NCBI GenBank assembly: GCA_905178155.1
Contig: CAJINV010000003.1
Coordinates: forward strand, 8,333,738-8,397,737
From: Amoebophrya sp. A120
Taxonomy: Eukaryota > Protista > Dinoflagellata
Reading direction: 5' to 3'
DNA: 64,000 nucleotides
Shown: positions 60,181 through 64,000 of the stretch, piece after piece
Layout of the letters: each line of letters starts with the position of its first letter
Numbering within the stretch: position 1 is the stretch's first letter
Translations under genes and position numbers: made by a program
The notes under the pieces: model-generated
The model's input: the letters and a program-made list of their open reading frames with translations, nothing else
What the model was told of the DNA's origin: nothing
Databases searched by the model: none

Positions 60181-62524
60181 CGGGATGCTTGTACATCATG
60201 TTGCAAGAGGACAAATGTGTGTGTGTCTCCTCGGTCTGAAAGTTTATTTGTTGTCATGATAATGGCTGAGGGTGAGTGCTGCTGCTGACCAAGACCAGGT
60301 AATACTGTTGACTGCAACACGCAGCCAGCCATTACATTTTTTTTTTAATTTACAGTTTTTTTTAAAATTCACTACCTAGTATTATTTCATGCTCTCATTG
60401 AGATTGACATGGACTTCGACTTACTGATATACTAGGAATACTACCTGTAGTACCTTCTAGCATTGCTGGACGCCCGCCTTTCATTGCACTCGGTATTGAA
60501 TAAGCTGAAACATTTTCATGGTGCGGCATGTAACTGCTCTCATGGAGTAGATGCTCCTGGGCGCAAAGGTGAGCCTGATTTTCAAATGCGTGCTGTGGTG
60601 AAAGGATCTGTATTGTATAATTGAAGAAAAAATAAATGAACCGTCGGAAAGATGAACATCAGAATGAACAGGCTCAGGCATCAACACAAACACTGTCCCT
60701 CTCTAGCCGTTTACCGTCCCTGACTCCTATTGCTTGTGTGGTCTGAAGATAGATGAAGATTCTTCCGAACTGCCCTGAGCAGATCAAATGCTGTTCTGCA
60801 ACGCACTAGAAAGTGACTCTCCCTCTCTTTTTCTTTGTATGTAGATGTAGTGAGGTCATATTTCTATTTTGTATTTGTACTTCTTGGAGTTCTTGGAGGA
60901 AGATGTTGAAGCGGAGCACCAAGTGTCAAAGGTGGCTTTTTTGCAAAACTTCTGAAGCTTTCACTAGATCTGACACTATAATCTTCATTCAAAGTTTCGC
61001 CAGTCAAATCGATGAAAGATCAGCTGCATAATCACAGAAATGACTGTGCTGTTGTTGGACGACGTGCATGTGGATCAACGATGACTTTGATGAAGTCATG
61101 CTGTGTAAAGCTAACAAGTAAGGTCTTTTCAGCTTTTTCGTTTTTCCGTTCGGGTTCACTCCTGTTGGTGTCTGCTTCCCGATGTTATGCGCTGCAAGAT
61201 ACTGTATGGCGCAGCAAGTTGTTTTGTTGGTTGCCAAGAAAATCCGCTGGGCGACCAATCTTGGGGCAGCGATTGTCATCTTTTTGCACCATGTTGCTCC
61301 TTATTTTCCTCGTTCACCTGGCGCACAGCACCAAAGAGGGGTAACGGCGATCCCTCTGGCCGCATACGGTCAAGCCGTGAACAGGAAGACCTTGACCAAA
61401 GCGGAATATCTTGCGTTGGTGCGTGATCTACGCGATACATGCAGCAAACGCCCTACAGAGGTGCTTCGTCCGTACCAAAAGCAAATCATCTGTCGGGGTA
61501 TTCTGCAAAGACGGACCCCATTGGGTGTGCAAGCTTTTCCATGATGAGAAAATTCTCTTATGTACGGCGTAAACGCGTCACAATTTTTGGATTGCTTGTT
61601 GCAACTTTTTCATAAGTGTTTCGCTTGAGAAACTGTAACTGAGTTATCACAGCATGCAAAAAATAAGACCGGCTGAATTTCTTTATCCAAAATTTGCAGG
61701 ACACAACCACCCAAATGCATTTGTAGTGCATACTCCGCCTGTTCGAGCGACGAAAGTTGCGTCGGTGCTGGATATATCAACTAGCACAGCTGCTCCGTTC
61801 GGGTCTGCAAACCTGTGATGCTTTCCATCGACGTGATACAACAACCATCTGACATAGGATACTACGCTTCACGTTTTCCGGTCAGATAGCACGATTGAAT
61901 TTGCGAATATGAACGCGCTCTCTTCTCGTCATGCCGATGCGCATGAAAAACTGCATTCTTCTTGCATGACGAAGAAATATTAAGCGCTGTTTTGTTCCTT
62001 TTAGTGAAATTTATGGCTGTAGTTCAGCCTGGCTCTCCCTCGGCCCTGCTTCCGAGGCATGCAAGAACAGCACAAGGGCGGATCGATCATGTGCTTGACT
62101 CCGTCATCAATCTATCGTTTTCAGACCTAGAGCGACGGATATTTGCAGTTGATAGAATGCCCTGTTCGACTACCACGGAAGCGACCGCGGCTCCGTCCAC
62201 CACAAGTACGGGGCTGTGTATGATTCCGTGTTTGGATATCCAGCACAAAAGTTGCGTCTGCGTATACCGTACACGTACACAGAAAACATGAAAAATAACT
62301 CATCTACGAAACCGTAAAGATTTTGAGTCCTTACTTTTGTTAAGGTGAGCGTTGGATAACGCAGTCGCAATTCCAGCGCTGTCAGTGTATGACTCTCTCT
62401 CTCTGCTGATTATATGATGCTACTATGGTTCATCGCATTTGTTTTTGCACCCTGCCTTGGCAGCTACTACAGTGCCGAAGAAGGTTGCGCTAAATATATG
62501 TTTTTGCCGGGGGTTGTTCGGTAG

Positions 62525-62974
62525 GTTTGCCATGAATGTCGGGCGTATGCTGTGCAAAAGTTGTATCGCATTCGTACTTCTACTTGCAATCATGCGTGGC
62601 GAGTCGTGTGACACATGCCAGTCTTAGACGAAAGCCGCGGCTCAAAAATCTGTTTTAAGAACTTCATTCTTCATTGCAAACTCATCTACAAGTGCGATAT
62701 ATTTTGCAATGTATAGGGCAGAAGCGTTGCGAGGTGCGAAACGTATTGGAGATTGGGATCGGGAGCGTTGGTGCGCGGACTCCAGGTAGCATGGCCGAGT
62801 ACCGCGACACGAAGGACGCCCGATACCGCCCGGGCCCCAGCCTGCGCGTCTGGCGAGACTTTTTTCCTTTCGCCCACATAGTGGGCTGGGACATAGACGC
62901 CGACGCGGTGCGCCAGGCGCAAGAAGCCGCGCGCGAAGATGAAGAGGAGGACAGCCCGTCTTCGAGGCGACCTG
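62525..62974 (+). CDS. Internal exons of a class I SAM-dependent methyltransferase (gene probably spans ~61000 to beyond 63400)
   Basis: VLEIGIGS...GPSLRVWRDFFPFAHIVGWDID, as in MycE/Methyltransf_24-like enzymes; in-frame join across 62546-62720. Confidence 0.75.
62546..62715. mobile_element. Introner-like non-canonical intron, family B
   Basis: TATGCTGTGCAAAAGTTGTATCGCA / TGCGATATATTTTGCAATGTATA; flanks GGGCG / GGGCA. Confidence 0.85.
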
Positions 62975-64000
62975 GTATGTTGTTTTACATTTCTTAGTAT
63001 AGTTATTTTCTAGTCCAGTAGAGCTAAGTGCAGTGCATACCAGTGGAGCGACACGCAGGAGTGAAAACGATGGCGATACGGCGGTGATTGGAGCAGCCTG
63101 GTCCTGCGGTAGCGCGGGGAGTACCGGGAACGAACGAGCAGCACGGGGGCGGAGCGAACGTGCCTGCGCCGACGCGGACTGTGGCTAGGCGGCGCCACAG
63201 GCGGTGGCACAACGAAGGTGCCCGTGCGGCAGCCTTTGGTCTTCTCTGCGCGAGCAGAAGAATTCTCTTTTGAAAACGGTCGCGCAGGTCCGCGCTCGGT
63301 TTTCAGATCGTTCCAAAGGAGACCTCTCGGACCCTGCATGCAGGATCGCGGCGAGGGCGTGCCCTGGTGTAAACGCACGCGCAGGACGTGCCACGTGCTG
63401 CGTCCTTAGGATCAAGCCGTGCGCCACAAACCCGTAAGGGGCACGTTACGGGCATGCTACAGCAGCATGGCAGTCACTCACAGTAAATTGAGTGGCGACA
63501 TTGGGGGAACGGGCAGGCCAGCCCGCGGCTACGTTCCTTCTGACCCAATGTGAGGCTGCAACTTTTCGCAGAGGTTGTTCCACCGGCTCCAAAGCCGCAC
63601 GAAGAAGGTCGTAAAAGTCCGACACAGTCAGCACGAAGATCCTCAGTCTTTGCGCCTCGCGCCACAGCTTGCGGCAGCAGAGCACAGACGCAGATCGCAA
63701 GTAGGACAAACTTGCAATGCGTCTGCTACTTAGCACAGTAAAAGAGTTGTATATCTCAGTAATCTACGAAAGTTCTGGCCCACAATGGCGGGGGCGCAGG
63801 ATGCCGACGATTTCTTTCACGTTAAGAGCGAAGCTTTTGCGCTCCAGCCAACGCGTGCGGCGATCAATCACTTCGTACACACCGGACGCTTCGCGCGCAA
63901 AACCCTCAAGCTCACAACCGCAACCGGCTCCACGACCGGCAACGGGTGCCGCGAACGCCGCGGCGCCATCCAAGCTGTCGGCTTCATCATCATCATCATC

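Noticed and set aside
1-64000. Stop-codon reassignment as the cause of fragmented ORFs
   Set aside because: Breaks are explained by discrete inserts or GT-AG introns, and long exons are stop-free under the standard code.
1-64000. tRNA, rRNA, spliced-leader relics, transposase or RT genes
   Set aside because: None recognised by eye; a covariance-model and HMM scan would be needed to exclude them.

Overview
Gene-dense eukaryotic (protist) genomic DNA, most consistent with an Amoebophrya-like syndinian dinoflagellate; this assignment is inferred from gene architecture, not from a database match. All recognisable genes are on the + strand: a divergent histone H2A/H2A.Z-like gene, a J-like-domain membrane protein, a helical-repeat (HPR/RAP-type) protein, NHP2, a two-pore K+ channel with an EF-hand, a RING-H2 ligase, a tandem UBA-like protein, a pepsin-family protease fused to a ShKT domain, a prolyl-3-hydroxylase-like 2OG-Fe(II) oxygenase next to a very large low-complexity exon, a PRMT-like methyltransferase and a second class I methyltransferase. 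The dominant signal is about 18 transposon-like inserts that interrupt genes, most of them in coding sequence. They are 150-860 bp, with terminal inverted repeats and usually a 5-bp direct repeat. Removing an insert plus one repeat copy restores the reading frame and conserved motifs, mostly without GT-AG ends, so they are non-canonical introns/introners. Unrelated insert families share a terminal signature, TAT-N5-G-N-AAA(A). Intergenic DNA holds a 307-bp near-perfect palindrome with a 5-bp TSD, a TTAA-bounded element filled with GC-rich satellites (spanning a 100-N gap), and a ~1-kb insert with a 15-bp TSD. All splice models were read by eye and need RNA-seq confirmation.
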